Shown: positions 17,346-26,872 of the stretch, piece after piece
Numbering within the stretch: position 1 is the stretch's first letter
Layout: the number at the start of each line of letters is the position of its first letter
DNA from: a virus
IMG/VR virus record: IMGVR_UViG_3300027114_000002
Span: 1 to 36,863 of that record
DNA length: 36,863 nt
Reading direction: 5' to 3' (one strand)
Notes under the pieces: generated by a model
The model's database searches: none
What the model saw: only the letters and a program-made list of their open reading frames with translations
Told to the model about the DNA's origin: nothing
Position numbers and translations under genes: made by a program

Positions 17346-18791
17346 ATGAGTCTATCAAATAGACTGCGCAAAACAGGAGAGAAACGGAATAATAACCAAT
17401 TCTTGGAACCGTTTTTGCCTGGTCGTGCTTTGTATGCAACTCCAGCTGGAGTGGAAGTAAACTCTGATACTGCAATTAGAATGTCAACTGTTTATGCTTG
17501 CGTACGTCTATTAGGTGACACTATTAGTTCTCTTCCACTATCTGCTTATGTCCGTCGTGGTCGTTCTAGAATAAATTATGCCTCTGTTTATGGAGAATTA
17601 CCTAAGTGGATTAACAATCCAAATCCTGACTCAACTCGTTTAGAGTTTTACGAACAAGTAATTTCATCTTTAAACCTTCATGGTAATGCATTCATTCTAA
17701 CCGTACGTGACGATATGGGCGACGTTCAAGAACTGTACTGCATAAACCCACTCCAAGTTCGTATACGTCGTCCTGATCCTATGGGTGAGATTGAGTACAT
17801 AGTTACAATTGGTCAGAATGCGCAAGATCCTGTAAATCAATTCTATGACAATCTACAACCTTTTGATCCAATGTCAACAAAAACTATGGTCCTGACAAAG
17901 AATGAAATGTTGCACATTCCTATGTTTAGACTACCTGGTCAGTTACTTGGACTTGGTCCCATTGCAGCCGCTCGTGTAACTTTAGGATCAGCTATGGCTG
18001 CAGAAGTTTATGCAGCAAGTTACTTTGGAAACGCAGCAAATCCTGGGGGAGTTATTGAATCACCAGGTGAAATGACTGAAGAACAAGCAGCTGATATTGC
18101 ACGAAACTGGAACATGTCACATACAGGACCTTATCGTGCTGGAAAACTTGGCATTCTAACTAGTGGTGCAACATTCAAGCCACTTACTCTTAATGCTGCA
18201 GATGCACAACTTCTAGAAGTACGTAGATTTGGCGTAGAAGAAATTGCTAGACTATTCCGTGTACCTGTATCTTTGCTTGGTCACCCAGTTGCTGGCGCAA
18301 TGTCATTTGCATCTGTTGAAGCTCAGAACTTGTCATTTGTTCAGCATTCTTTACGTCCTTTGCTTGAAAGACTAGAACAAGCACTTTCACCATTACTTCC
18401 TGAACCAGACGGATTTATTAAGTTTAACCTCGATGCGTTACTACGTGGAACAACACTAGAACGCTATGATGCCTATACAAAAGGTTTGCGTGAAGGCTTT
18501 TTAAGTCTCAATGATGTCCGTTACGTAGAAGATCTTGCACCTCTTGGAGAGTCTGGAGATCAATACCGAGTTCCACTGCAAAATATTGATGCAGCAGACG
18601 CAAAAGATGTTGGCCTAAACCTACGTGCCGACATTGCAGCCAAGTTAATACAAGTAGGTTTTGATCCAAAATCTGTAATTGAAGCTGTTGGTTTACCTGA
18701 TATGAATCATACAGGTTTGCCTTCAAATCAGTTGCAACCAATTTCAACAATTGATCCAACGGATCCCAAAGCGGCATACGAGGTCGAGTAG
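17346..18791 (+). CDS. Portal protein (HK97 family)
   Basis: The MSTVYACVRLLGDTISSLPL signature, the 481 aa size, and the position before the protease and capsid genes all fit a portal protein. Confidence 0.85.
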   Translation: MSLSNRLRKTGEKRNNNQFLEPFLPGRALYATPAGVEVNSDTAIRMSTVYACVRLLGDTISSLPLSAYVRRGRSRINYASVYGELPKWINNPNPDSTRLEFYEQVISSLNLHGNAFILTVRDDMGDVQELYCINPLQVRIRRPDPMGEIEYIVTIGQNAQDPVNQFYDNLQPFDPMSTKTMVLTKNEMLHIPMFRLPGQLLGLGPIAAARVTLGSAMAAEVYAASYFGNAANPGGVIESPGEMTEEQAADIARNWNMSHTGPYRAGKLGILTSGATFKPLTLNAADAQLLEVRRFGVEEIARLFRVPVSLLGHPVAGAMSFASVEAQNLSFVQHSLRPLLERLEQALSPLLPEPDGFIKFNLDALLRGTTLERYDAYTKGLREGFLSLNDVRYVEDLAPLGESGDQYRVPLQNIDAADAKDVGLNLRADIAAKLIQVGFDPKSVIEAVGLPDMNHTGLPSNQLQPISTIDPTDPKAAYEVE

Positions 18792-18823
18792 TGTTGAATG
18801 AAGAGAAAGACTCAAGGAGCAAA

Positions 18824-19603
18824 ATGAAAAAAATCGAACGACGCACATATACTGTGCAAGATGTTGAAACTCGGGCAGATGACGATGGAAAGCTACGCTT
18901 GTCAGGATATGCAGCAAAGTTTGATAGTCCTAGCGTTCCACTACCATTTGTTGAAACAATTGCTAGAGGTGCATTTAGAAAAACACTAACAGAAATACCT
19001 GATGTCCGATTACTAGTTAATCATGAGGGACTTCCATTGGCTCGTACTAAAAATGGTACAATGACACTAACTGAAGATGAAGTCGGACTAAGATTTGATG
19101 CTGAATTAGCAAATACTCAAGAAGCAAGAGACTTGCATGCTCTTATTGCCAGAGGCGATGTAGATCAAATGAGTTTTGCTTTTCGTGTAATTAGACAAAA
19201 GTGGAACGAAGACCGTACGATGCGTGTTTTAACAGAAGTATCATTAGCTGATGGAGATGTTTCAGTAGTTACGTATCCAGCTTACCCAGCCACTTCAGTT
19301 GAAGCTCGTGAACATCTAAAAAATGCTATCACAGCTGTCAAAGAAGGAAGAGAAGTATCTGGAGACTCTCTCTTAGTTCTAAAAACTATTTTTGAAGACC
19401 TAAGCGAAGGTCATGACTATGTAATGAAGTCAGTAGAACTAATGGCTCAACTACTAGGAAATCAAGAAGTAGTTGTAGAAGATGAAATTGAAGATTCTAA
19501 TTATATGGAAGACGAAGAAGATAAAAACTTAATTGAAGAAGTTTCTGTACCAAGATCTATATCTCTTCGTCTAGCGAAAGCAATCGTTAATAATACAAAA
19601 TAA
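18824..19603 (+). CDS. Prohead maturation protease (HK97/S78 family)
   Basis: LSGYAAKFDSPS...ARGAFRKTL...LLVNHEG...QMSFAF fits the family. An AAGGAG RBS precedes ATG 18824. The C-terminal tail is acidic. Confidence 0.8.
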   Translation: MKKIERRTYTVQDVETRADDDGKLRLSGYAAKFDSPSVPLPFVETIARGAFRKTLTEIPDVRLLVNHEGLPLARTKNGTMTLTEDEVGLRFDAELANTQEARDLHALIARGDVDQMSFAFRVIRQKWNEDRTMRVLTEVSLADGDVSVVTYPAYPATSVEAREHLKNAITAVKEGREVSGDSLLVLKTIFEDLSEGHDYVMKSVELMAQLLGNQEVVVEDEIEDSNYMEDEEDKNLIEEVSVPRSISLRLAKAIVNNTK

Positions 19604-19717
19604 TATTCTGTAGGTAAATTGCTTACAGATACCGAAGTCGGAGCGAGACTCACACCCGAAAAGCGCCGTGATGCTTATCGCCACCACCTCGACCAAACTC
19701 ATAAGGAGCAGAATACA

Positions 19718-21061
19718 ATGTCATACCTTGACAAAGTAATCGAGCGCCGTGATGCAGTTAAGGCAGAAATGGATACAGTTCTAGAAGCAGTTGCTGCTGA
19801 AGAACGTACCGACCTTACTGCAGAGGAGACCGAGAAGGTTGACGCTCTTGTAGAAGAGTCACGTTCACTCGATGCAAAGATCGAAAAGCTAAAGACACAG
19901 GCTGATGCAGATGCTAAAGCTGCAGAAATGCGTTCAGCAGTTGCACCAGTTGCAACTCCAGTAGGTGGCGCTCGCGTTATCTCTGAAGCACGTACATATT
20001 CACCAGAAGCAGAAGCATCATTCGTGAAGGATGCGTACAACGCACAATTCAAGAACGATTACGCTGCATCTGAGCGTCTTGCACGCCACATGCGTGAAGA
20101 AAAAATCGAAAACCGCGCAGTTGCCACTGGCAACTTCGATGGTCTTGTAGTACCACAGTACCTAACAGATCTAGCTGCACCATTTGCACGTGCTGGTCGT
20201 CCATTCTTGGATGCTGCCACAAACAAGCATGCACTTCCTGCAAGCGGAATGACACTGAACATCAGCCGCATGACAACAGGTACAACAACTGCAATCCAGG
20301 CAACAGAAAACGCTTCAGTATCTAACACAGATGCTGATGACACACTATTGACTATCAATGTGCGTACAGTTGCAGGTCAGCAGGACATTTCACGCCAAGC
20401 AATCGAGCGCGGTACAGGAATTGATCAGTTCATTCTTGCAGACCTCATTCGTTCATGGCACACAACTCTTGATAACCAATGCCTAAACGGTGCTGGTACA
20501 TCAGGAACAGTTCTTGGTCTTGATGCTTCAGGTGGAAACGCAATCACATATACATCTGCATCTCCAACAGTAGCGCTTCTTTACCCAAAGCTAGCTGACG
20601 CTGTACAACAGATCCAGACAACTGCATTCCAGCAACCAACACACTGGATCATGCACCCACGCCGCTTAGCATATCTAATTGCTGCAGTGGATTCATCTAA
20701 CCGTCCACTTGTTGTTCCAACAGCTGGTGGTCCAATGAACACAATCGCATCTGGCGCAGGAGCAGTATCATATGGTAACTCAGGTTACTCATTGATGGGT
20801 CTTCCAATCATCACAGATGCTAACGTTGTTACAAACGCAGGTGCTGGTACAAACCAGGACAAGATTTACTGCGTTGCTGCACCTGAAATGCACCTTTGGG
20901 AGCAACCAGGATCACCATTTGCATTGAACTTTGATGCAACTAGTGCTGGCAGTTTGACAATTAAGTCTGTTGTTTACGGCTACGCAGCCTTCTCAGCAGG
21001 TCGTTACCCAGGAGCTGCCTCGATTATCTCAGGCACAGGTTTGGTAGCGCCAACTTTCTAA
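19718..21061 (+). CDS. Major capsid protein (HK97 fold) with an N-terminal coiled-coil delta/scaffold domain
   Basis: An AAGGAG RBS precedes ATG 19718. A helical, acidic N-terminal ~110 aa is followed by a capsid-like body. The gene follows the protease and ends at a strong terminator hairpin. Confidence 0.8.
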   Translation: MSYLDKVIERRDAVKAEMDTVLEAVAAEERTDLTAEETEKVDALVEESRSLDAKIEKLKTQADADAKAAEMRSAVAPVATPVGGARVISEARTYSPEAEASFVKDAYNAQFKNDYAASERLARHMREEKIENRAVATGNFDGLVVPQYLTDLAAPFARAGRPFLDAATNKHALPASGMTLNISRMTTGTTTAIQATENASVSNTDADDTLLTINVRTVAGQQDISRQAIERGTGIDQFILADLIRSWHTTLDNQCLNGAGTSGTVLGLDASGGNAITYTSASPTVALLYPKLADAVQQIQTTAFQQPTHWIMHPRRLAYLIAAVDSSNRPLVVPTAGGPMNTIASGAGAVSYGNSGYSLMGLPIITDANVVTNAGAGTNQDKIYCVAAPEMHLWEQPGSPFALNFDATSAGSLTIKSVVYGYAAFSAGRYPGAASIISGTGLVAPTF

Positions 21062-21079
21062 GCAAAGCTTAGAACAATA

Positions 21080-21121
21080 GTGTGAGACCGGTAAGACTCC
21101 CCCGACTTACCGGTCTCACAC
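21080..21121 (+). terminator. Strong stem-loop after the capsid gene (16-bp perfect stem, 10-nt loop)
   Basis: GTGTGAGACCGGTAAG-actcccccga-CTTACCGGTCTCACAC. No U-tract follows, so it may act as an attenuator or mRNA stabiliser. Confidence 0.6.
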
Positions 21122-21232
21122 CTTAAAACGGGGTAAATATGAAACTTAAATTATTTAAGAAAAAGCAAACAGCAACGGCTTTGCCCGATTTAGAACGAGC
21201 AATGCAGCCTAAATCAGAGAAAAGGATAACGC

Positions 21233-21841
21233 ATGGCACTAACAAACGCCTATTGCACCCTGTCGGATGTCAAGAATGCTCTTGCAATCGAGGACATCAA
21301 TGATGATCTAGCTATTGAAGCCGCTATTGCTGCTGCATGTAGAATGATTGATGACTATACTGGTAGATTTTTTTACAAAGATGGCACAACTGCCGCACCT
21401 GTAGTTCGTTATTACACACCAAATGACTGGTGGATCTGTAACCTTGATGATTTTATTTCAATCAACGAAATTGCAACAGATGAAAACTTTGACCGTAGTT
21501 ATACAACAGTTTGGTCTGCAACAGATTACATGGTAGAACCAATTAACAATCCACGTAGAGGTTGGCCTTATACACGAATTTTAGCTGTTGACCGATATCT
21601 TTTCCCTCGTTTATATCCTCAGACTGTAAAAGTCACAGGAGTATGGGGATGGTCTGCTATACCTTCAGAGATCAATTTAGCTGCACGTTTACAAGCATCT
21701 AGACTATTTATCCGTAAACAATCACCATTTGGAGTTGCTGGTTCCGTTGATATGGGAACGGTAAGATTAACTTCTAGACTTGATCCTGACGTTGAAGCAT
21801 TGATTCGTCCACTAAAGAAACTAAATGGAGTTGCTTACTAA
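21233..21841 (+). CDS. Head-tail connector/adaptor (gp6-like)
   Basis: The N-terminus YCTLSDVKNALAIED...AIEAAIAAACRMIDDYTGRFF is typical of gp6-like adaptors. Confidence 0.65.
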   Translation: MALTNAYCTLSDVKNALAIEDINDDLAIEAAIAAACRMIDDYTGRFFYKDGTTAAPVVRYYTPNDWWICNLDDFISINEIATDENFDRSYTTVWSATDYMVEPINNPRRGWPYTRILAVDRYLFPRLYPQTVKVTGVWGWSAIPSEINLAARLQASRLFIRKQSPFGVAGSVDMGTVRLTSRLDPDVEALIRPLKKLNGVAY

Positions 21842-22248
21842 TGCAACCAAGCAAAGTCCGAGATGGATTAAAAGCCAATCTTCAGTCAATTGAAGGTCTT
21901 AGAGTTTATGATCTTGTTCCTGATGTGATAGTTCCACCGTGTGCAATCATTGGTCAATTAGATCTTGTATTTGATTTGAATAATGCTAGAGGTTTGGACT
22001 CTGCAAGTGTAGATGTAATGGTTATTGTCCAAAGATTCTCAGAGCGAACAGGTCAAGATAAACTTGACAAATATCTTTCTGGTTCAGGTGATTATTCAAT
22101 AAAAGCAGCGATTGAATCAGATCGTACTCTCGGTGGAGTTGTTGATACACTTAGAGTTACCGCGGCTCAATCAGGAGTTTACCAAACAGCTGATGTTGAA
22201 TATCTATCATACCGCTATCAGGTAACAATATATGGAGATGGAGAATAA
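21841..22248 (+). CDS. Head-tail joining/neck protein
   Basis: The call rests only on position between the adaptor and the tail tube, and on size. Confidence 0.4.
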   Translation: MQPSKVRDGLKANLQSIEGLRVYDLVPDVIVPPCAIIGQLDLVFDLNNARGLDSASVDVMVIVQRFSERTGQDKLDKYLSGSGDYSIKAAIESDRTLGGVVDTLRVTAAQSGVYQTADVEYLSYRYQVTIYGDGE

Positions 22249-22424
22249 TGTCATACACAGTAAAATCCGATAATTTTGAACTCGGAAATAAGAAAAAAGG
22301 TGACCAAGTCACTGAAAAAGAATTGCTTGATGCAGGTTGTAACCCTGAAGCACTAGTTAAGGGTGAACACTTATCAAGTAATACACCAATCAAACCAGCA
22401 ACAGAAAAAGGAGCGGACGAATAA
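22248..22424 (+). CDS. Small hypothetical protein (58 aa)
   Basis: It has TAATG overlaps at both ends. Confidence 0.4.
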   Translation: MSYTVKSDNFELGNKKKGDQVTEKELLDAGCNPEALVKGEHLSSNTPIKPATEKGADE

Positions 22425-22843
22425 TGGCCCGTTTAGTTCTTACCAACGCATACATCACTATTAACGCAGTTAATCTTTCAGATCATATTGCTAGCATTAC
22501 ACTAACCACAACTGACGATGTTGTTGAAACAACAGCTTTTGGTACAACGGCTCGAACACGAGTTGCTGGACTTGCTGATAACTCAATTGCATTAGAGTTC
22601 CATCAGGATTATGCAGCGGCTTCCGTTGAAGCAACAATTAACGCAGCTGGAGCTTCTCTTGTTGGTACAACAACAGCAGTAGTTGTTAAGCCAAATGGCG
22701 CAACAACTTCAGCTACAAATCCTGCTTATAGTTTTAATGCACTTGTTTCAGAGTGGACTCCACTTAATGGTGCAGTTGGCGAACTAGCAACAACTTCGGT
22801 CACTTGGCCGATTGATGGAGCAATCACAAAGGCGGTTTCATAG
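22424..22843 (+). CDS. Major tail (tube) protein, paralogue 1
   Basis: It lies before the chaperone and tape measure. It is strongly similar to the next ORF, sharing MAR(L/I)VLTN...DVVETTAFG(T/N)TARTRVAGLADNS...ALVSEWTPLNGAVGELAT. Confidence 0.65.
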   Translation: MARLVLTNAYITINAVNLSDHIASITLTTTDDVVETTAFGTTARTRVAGLADNSIALEFHQDYAAASVEATINAAGASLVGTTTAVVVKPNGATTSATNPAYSFNALVSEWTPLNGAVGELATTSVTWPIDGAITKAVS

Positions 22844-23232
22844 TGGCACGTATTGTTTTAACTAACGTTGCTGTCACTTTTGGTGTAACAGACATTTCAT
22901 CTTATGTGACTTCTGTGACTCTAGGATCAACTTATGACGTAGTCGAAACAACTGCATTTGGTAACACAGCTCGCACGCGAGTTGCCGGTTTAGCCGATAA
23001 TAGTGTTTCCTTTGAGTTCAATCAAGACTACGCAGCAAGCGCATTAGAATCAGTTATTTATCCAACTCTTGGTACAGCAGTTTCAATTACTGTTCGTCCA
23101 GTAGCTGGTAGTTCGCCTGCATACTCATTCAGTGCTTTAGTTTCAGAATGGACTCCTTTGAATGGAGCTGTTGGAGAACTTGCTACTGCATCAGTTACTT
23201 GGCCAATTAGTGGTACAATCACCAAATCCTAA
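22843..23232 (+). CDS. Major tail (tube) protein, paralogue 2
   Basis: It is a tandem paralogue of 22424..22843 and is 10 aa shorter in the central region. Confidence 0.65.
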   Translation: MARIVLTNVAVTFGVTDISSYVTSVTLGSTYDVVETTAFGNTARTRVAGLADNSVSFEFNQDYAASALESVIYPTLGTAVSITVRPVAGSSPAYSFSALVSEWTPLNGAVGELATASVTWPISGTITKS

Positions 23233-23250
23233 TCTAACAAGGGGGAAATC

Positions 23251-23529
23251 ATGGACGGTCTTGGAATCAAAGTAAAGACAATCGAAGGCAACGAGACAAC
23301 TTATAAGTTAACTCCACGCGTCATTGTTGCATTTGAACAGCAATATGGCAAAGGAATGCCTAAATTGCTCGGAGAAGAACAAAAAATCGAACATGTTTAT
23401 TGGTTAGCATGGAAGTGTATGCAATCGAATGGCGTCATTGTTAAACCATTTGGTCCTGAATTCTTAGACACAATTGAGTCTGCTGAATTGGATTCAGATG
23501 ATTCTTTCGGATCCACCGAGACAGCTTAA
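23251..23529 (+). CDS. Tail assembly chaperone (gpG-like)
   Basis: The call rests on its 92 aa size, acidic C-terminus and position between the tube genes and the tape measure. A GGGGGA RBS lies upstream. Confidence 0.6.
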   Translation: MDGLGIKVKTIEGNETTYKLTPRVIVAFEQQYGKGMPKLLGEEQKIEHVYWLAWKCMQSNGVIVKPFGPEFLDTIESAELDSDDSFGSTETA

Positions 23530-23651
23530 CGTACAACGTAGCAGCTATCTCGGTGGAAACTGGAATTTCACCAATAGATCTAATAGATGCACCTGAAGGA
23601 ATACTTGAGGCAATTACTATTTATCTCAAAGAGCGAGCAAAAGGTGGATAA

Positions 23652-24209
23652 ATGGAAGAAGACACCAGAATAATTTTAACCGGCATAGAACCAACTCTTA
23701 AAGCTCTTAAAGAGTTTGATAAAAAAGCTGTTACTAAGTTCAATAAAATAGTTAATACTGAATTGAACAATGCTGAAAGTGCTGCTCATCGTTTAGTTGA
23801 TAGCATTCAAAGTAGAACTACAAATACTCCAATGCGTAATTGGAGACCAACAGCAGCAGTAAGTGGACGAACATGGGGCGGTGCTGGTTGGCCTGCTTGG
23901 GATACTAATACAATTAAAGCAGGAATTACTGTCTCTAAAGCGCAACGACGTACTCGTAAAGATTATACTAGTAGTGCAGGCGCCTTGCTAAATACTTCTG
24001 ACGCCGGTAAAGTATTTGAACTTTCAGGACGTAACAAAAGTAGTGGATCATTTATTGAAAGACTTAATTGGTTTGGCAAAGCTTCTCGTTTGGTTTGGAA
24101 AGTTGTAGATAAAGAACGGCCAAGAATTGAAAAAGTAGTAGAAAAAGCATTAGAAGACGCAAAACGTGAATTACAAAATCATCTTGATTCAGCGGGAAAG
24201 GTAGACTAA
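23652..24209 (+). CDS. Hypothetical tail-module protein (possibly the T part of a chaperone G/GT pair)
   Basis: It is in the same frame as the -1 frame extension 23502..23648. Only one TAA separates the two. Confidence 0.45.
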   Translation: MEEDTRIILTGIEPTLKALKEFDKKAVTKFNKIVNTELNNAESAAHRLVDSIQSRTTNTPMRNWRPTAAVSGRTWGGAGWPAWDTNTIKAGITVSKAQRRTRKDYTSSAGALLNTSDAGKVFELSGRNKSSGSFIERLNWFGKASRLVWKVVDKERPRIEKVVEKALEDAKRELQNHLDSAGKVD

Positions 24210-24210
24210 A

Positions 24211-25776
24211 ATGGCAGTTGGTGCAGTAGTCGCCCGCATCCTTACGCAATACTCTGATAAAGGTACAAAAGCCGCAGTCAAAGATATTAGTAAGATGGAA
24301 AAGAAGTTTGGCGATTTCGCTAATAGAACTGCAAAAAAGTTTGGTCTAGCTGCAATTGCAGCAGGAGCTTTTGCAGCAAAGATTGGCTATGATGCTGTCA
24401 AAGCCGCAATGGAAGATCAGAAGTCTCAAGCACTTCTTGCCAACTCACTTAGAAATACAGTTAGTGCTACAGATGCAACTATTGCAGCAACAGAAGAATA
24501 CATCACCGCAATGCAAGCAGAGTTTGGTATTGCAGATGATCAGTTGCGTCCAGCTCTTGCAAATCTTGCTGCCGTAACCGGAGATGTCGGCAAAGCTCAG
24601 TCTTTGCTTGGTGTTTCAATGGATATTGCAGCAGCAAAAACTATAGGTTTAGATGCTGCTTCTAAACTTGTTTCTAAAGCATACGGTGGAAACATTGGGG
24701 CACTTAAGAAACTATTTCCACAAATATCCGCAGCAACTGTTAAATCTAAAGACTTTGCAGCAGCAATGCGTGAGATTTCAGGTGAAACAAAAGGCGCAGC
24801 TGCCGCAGCCGCTAATACGTTTGCTGGACAAATGGAACGTATTAAACTTGCTTTCGGTGAAGCATCTGAATCACTCGGTTATAAGTTAATTCCACAAATC
24901 AAATCATTTGCTGATCTTATTATTAACAAGGCTATTCCTGCCATTCAAAAGTTTGTAGACGAAAATGGCGATAAAATAGCAAACGGTTTTAAGGTATCAA
25001 TTCAGTACGGTATTGCTTTTGCAAAGTTAATGTACGATATGTTTAGTTTTGTTGCTAGAAACATTAAAGTATTTGCAACTCTTGGAGCCGTAATTATTGC
25101 TGCTTTCTTTGGAGCTAAAGTTGCTGGAGCGGTTGCCGCTTTAGTAACAGGAATTCAAGCAATTATTAAGGTCATGAAAGCACTGCGTACTGTTTCACTT
25201 GCATCTGCAGCCGCAACTGCATTGGCAACAGGTGGTATTTCAGCCGCAGCTGGAGCAGCAGCATTTGGAGTTGCTTTAGTAGGTATTGGTGTTGCAGCAA
25301 ATAAGTTTAATAAAGATTCAGATAAAGCTGCTGATTCATTAGGCAAGTTTGACTTTAATGCTAAAGGATTTTCTGCCTCAGCATCAGATTATACAAAAGG
25401 CATAGAAGGAATGACCGGTGCAACTAACGGTCTCACTACTGCAACAAAAGATGCAGCAAAGTCAACAGCATTATTATTACAACTGCAAAAAAAGTTTGGA
25501 TTAAAAGGACTTAAAGAAACTGATCCAATTACACTTGAAGCGATTCGTAAGAATCAAATCAAACAACAAAAACTTGGTATTTCAAGTCCAACAATCTCAT
25601 TATTAGCATCTGCTGGACATGGAAACATTGCTAAGAACACAACAATGAATGGTGGAAATATCACAGTCAATGTTGCTGGTTCTGTTGTTTCACAAGGTGA
25701 TCTTGTAAATGGTATTAAGAATGGTCTTGCAACTCTTATGCGCCGACGTGGTGGCAGTCAGTTTGCGGTGCTCTAA
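24211..25776 (+). CDS. Tape measure protein
   Basis: It is Ala-rich and helical, with a central hydrophobic segment (FATLGAVIIAAFFGAKVAGAVAALV). It lies before Dit and is 521 aa long. Confidence 0.8.
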   Translation: MAVGAVVARILTQYSDKGTKAAVKDISKMEKKFGDFANRTAKKFGLAAIAAGAFAAKIGYDAVKAAMEDQKSQALLANSLRNTVSATDATIAATEEYITAMQAEFGIADDQLRPALANLAAVTGDVGKAQSLLGVSMDIAAAKTIGLDAASKLVSKAYGGNIGALKKLFPQISAATVKSKDFAAAMREISGETKGAAAAAANTFAGQMERIKLAFGEASESLGYKLIPQIKSFADLIINKAIPAIQKFVDENGDKIANGFKVSIQYGIAFAKLMYDMFSFVARNIKVFATLGAVIIAAFFGAKVAGAVAALVTGIQAIIKVMKALRTVSLASAAATALATGGISAAAGAAAFGVALVGIGVAANKFNKDSDKAADSLGKFDFNAKGFSASASDYTKGIEGMTGATNGLTTATKDAAKSTALLLQLQKKFGLKGLKETDPITLEAIRKNQIKQQKLGISSPTISLLASAGHGNIAKNTTMNGGNITVNVAGSVVSQGDLVNGIKNGLATLMRRRGGSQFAVL

Positions 25777-26864
25777 TGCCAGCAAATGCACCTACACTTA
25801 CCGTTTCTTTTAGTAATGGCGGAGCTTTTACGGCTGTTAGTGCTGATCTTTTGCTATCTGTTGAAATCCGTAGAGGTCGTCAATACCAAAATGACTTTTT
25901 AGAAGCTGGAACTGCTGATGTTGTATTAAATAACCAATCAGGAGCATTTGATCCAAGCAACACATCAAGTCCATGGTATGGAATTTTGATTGCAGGAATG
26001 CAAGTAAGAATTCAAGGCAATTCTACAACCATCTTTACAGGTTACTTAGAAAACAATGAAGTAAACCAAGGTATTTATCCTACAGTTTCATTGACATTTG
26101 TCGACGGTCTTGCACAGATTGCCAAAGCAATTGCGCCTGCTCTTGCAACAAGTTCATTTCAAGAAACTGCTTCAGCTAGAGCAACAAGAGCTCTTGATCT
26201 TGCTGAGTGGACCGGTGGACGCAGTTTGACTGGAACTACTGTCATGCAAAAGACAAAACAAAATATGAGTTGTCTTGAAATGTTAGAACAATGTGCAAAC
26301 TGTGTCGGTGGACGATTCTATGTAAGTCGATCAGGAGTTGCAACACTTGTTCCATTGGCTGATAAGTTCAGTCGTCCGACTAGATTATTATTTAGCGATC
26401 AAGGCGATGCAAATAGTGTTGGATATGATGGCATCATTACAAATCCTGGAACTGATTATGTTTACAATGAAGCAATAGTATTTAGAGGACCAAAGAAAAC
26501 TCAGAAGACTGCAAAGTTTACTTCTAGTGTTTCTACATATGGACTAAAGTCCAAAAAACTTGATGCGCCTATTTTTGATGATACAAGTGCTGCAAATCTT
26601 GCTTTATATGCCGCTAGAAAAGATGCTGATGCAGTTGTATTAGCTGAACAAATAGATTTTACAGCAATCGGTATTGGTGTACTTGCTACAGATATGCTTG
26701 AGACTGAACTTAATGATCTTGTCCAAGTTAAGCGTCTTACATATGATGGTAGAAATATTACGATCAATTGCGTAGTAGAAGGATTGGCACATTCAATTAC
26801 TGCAGATAATTGGAGAGTTAGTTACTTCACATCTGTAGTTGATCCTTATACGATTACGATTTAG
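25776..26864 (+). CDS. Distal tail protein (Dit-like)
   Basis: The call rests on its position immediately after the tape measure and on its size. Confidence 0.55.
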   Translation: MPANAPTLTVSFSNGGAFTAVSADLLLSVEIRRGRQYQNDFLEAGTADVVLNNQSGAFDPSNTSSPWYGILIAGMQVRIQGNSTTIFTGYLENNEVNQGIYPTVSLTFVDGLAQIAKAIAPALATSSFQETASARATRALDLAEWTGGRSLTGTTVMQKTKQNMSCLEMLEQCANCVGGRFYVSRSGVATLVPLADKFSRPTRLLFSDQGDANSVGYDGIITNPGTDYVYNEAIVFRGPKKTQKTAKFTSSVSTYGLKSKKLDAPIFDDTSAANLALYAARKDADAVVLAEQIDFTAIGIGVLATDMLETELNDLVQVKRLTYDGRNITINCVVEGLAHSITADNWRVSYFTSVVDPYTITI

Positions 26865-26872
26865 GGGAAATA

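Noticed and set aside
21139-21246. 35-aa ORF (MKLKLFKKKQ...) between the capsid terminator and the connector gene
   Set aside because: It is very short and basic, has a weak RBS, and overlaps the connector start. The evidence is not enough to call it.
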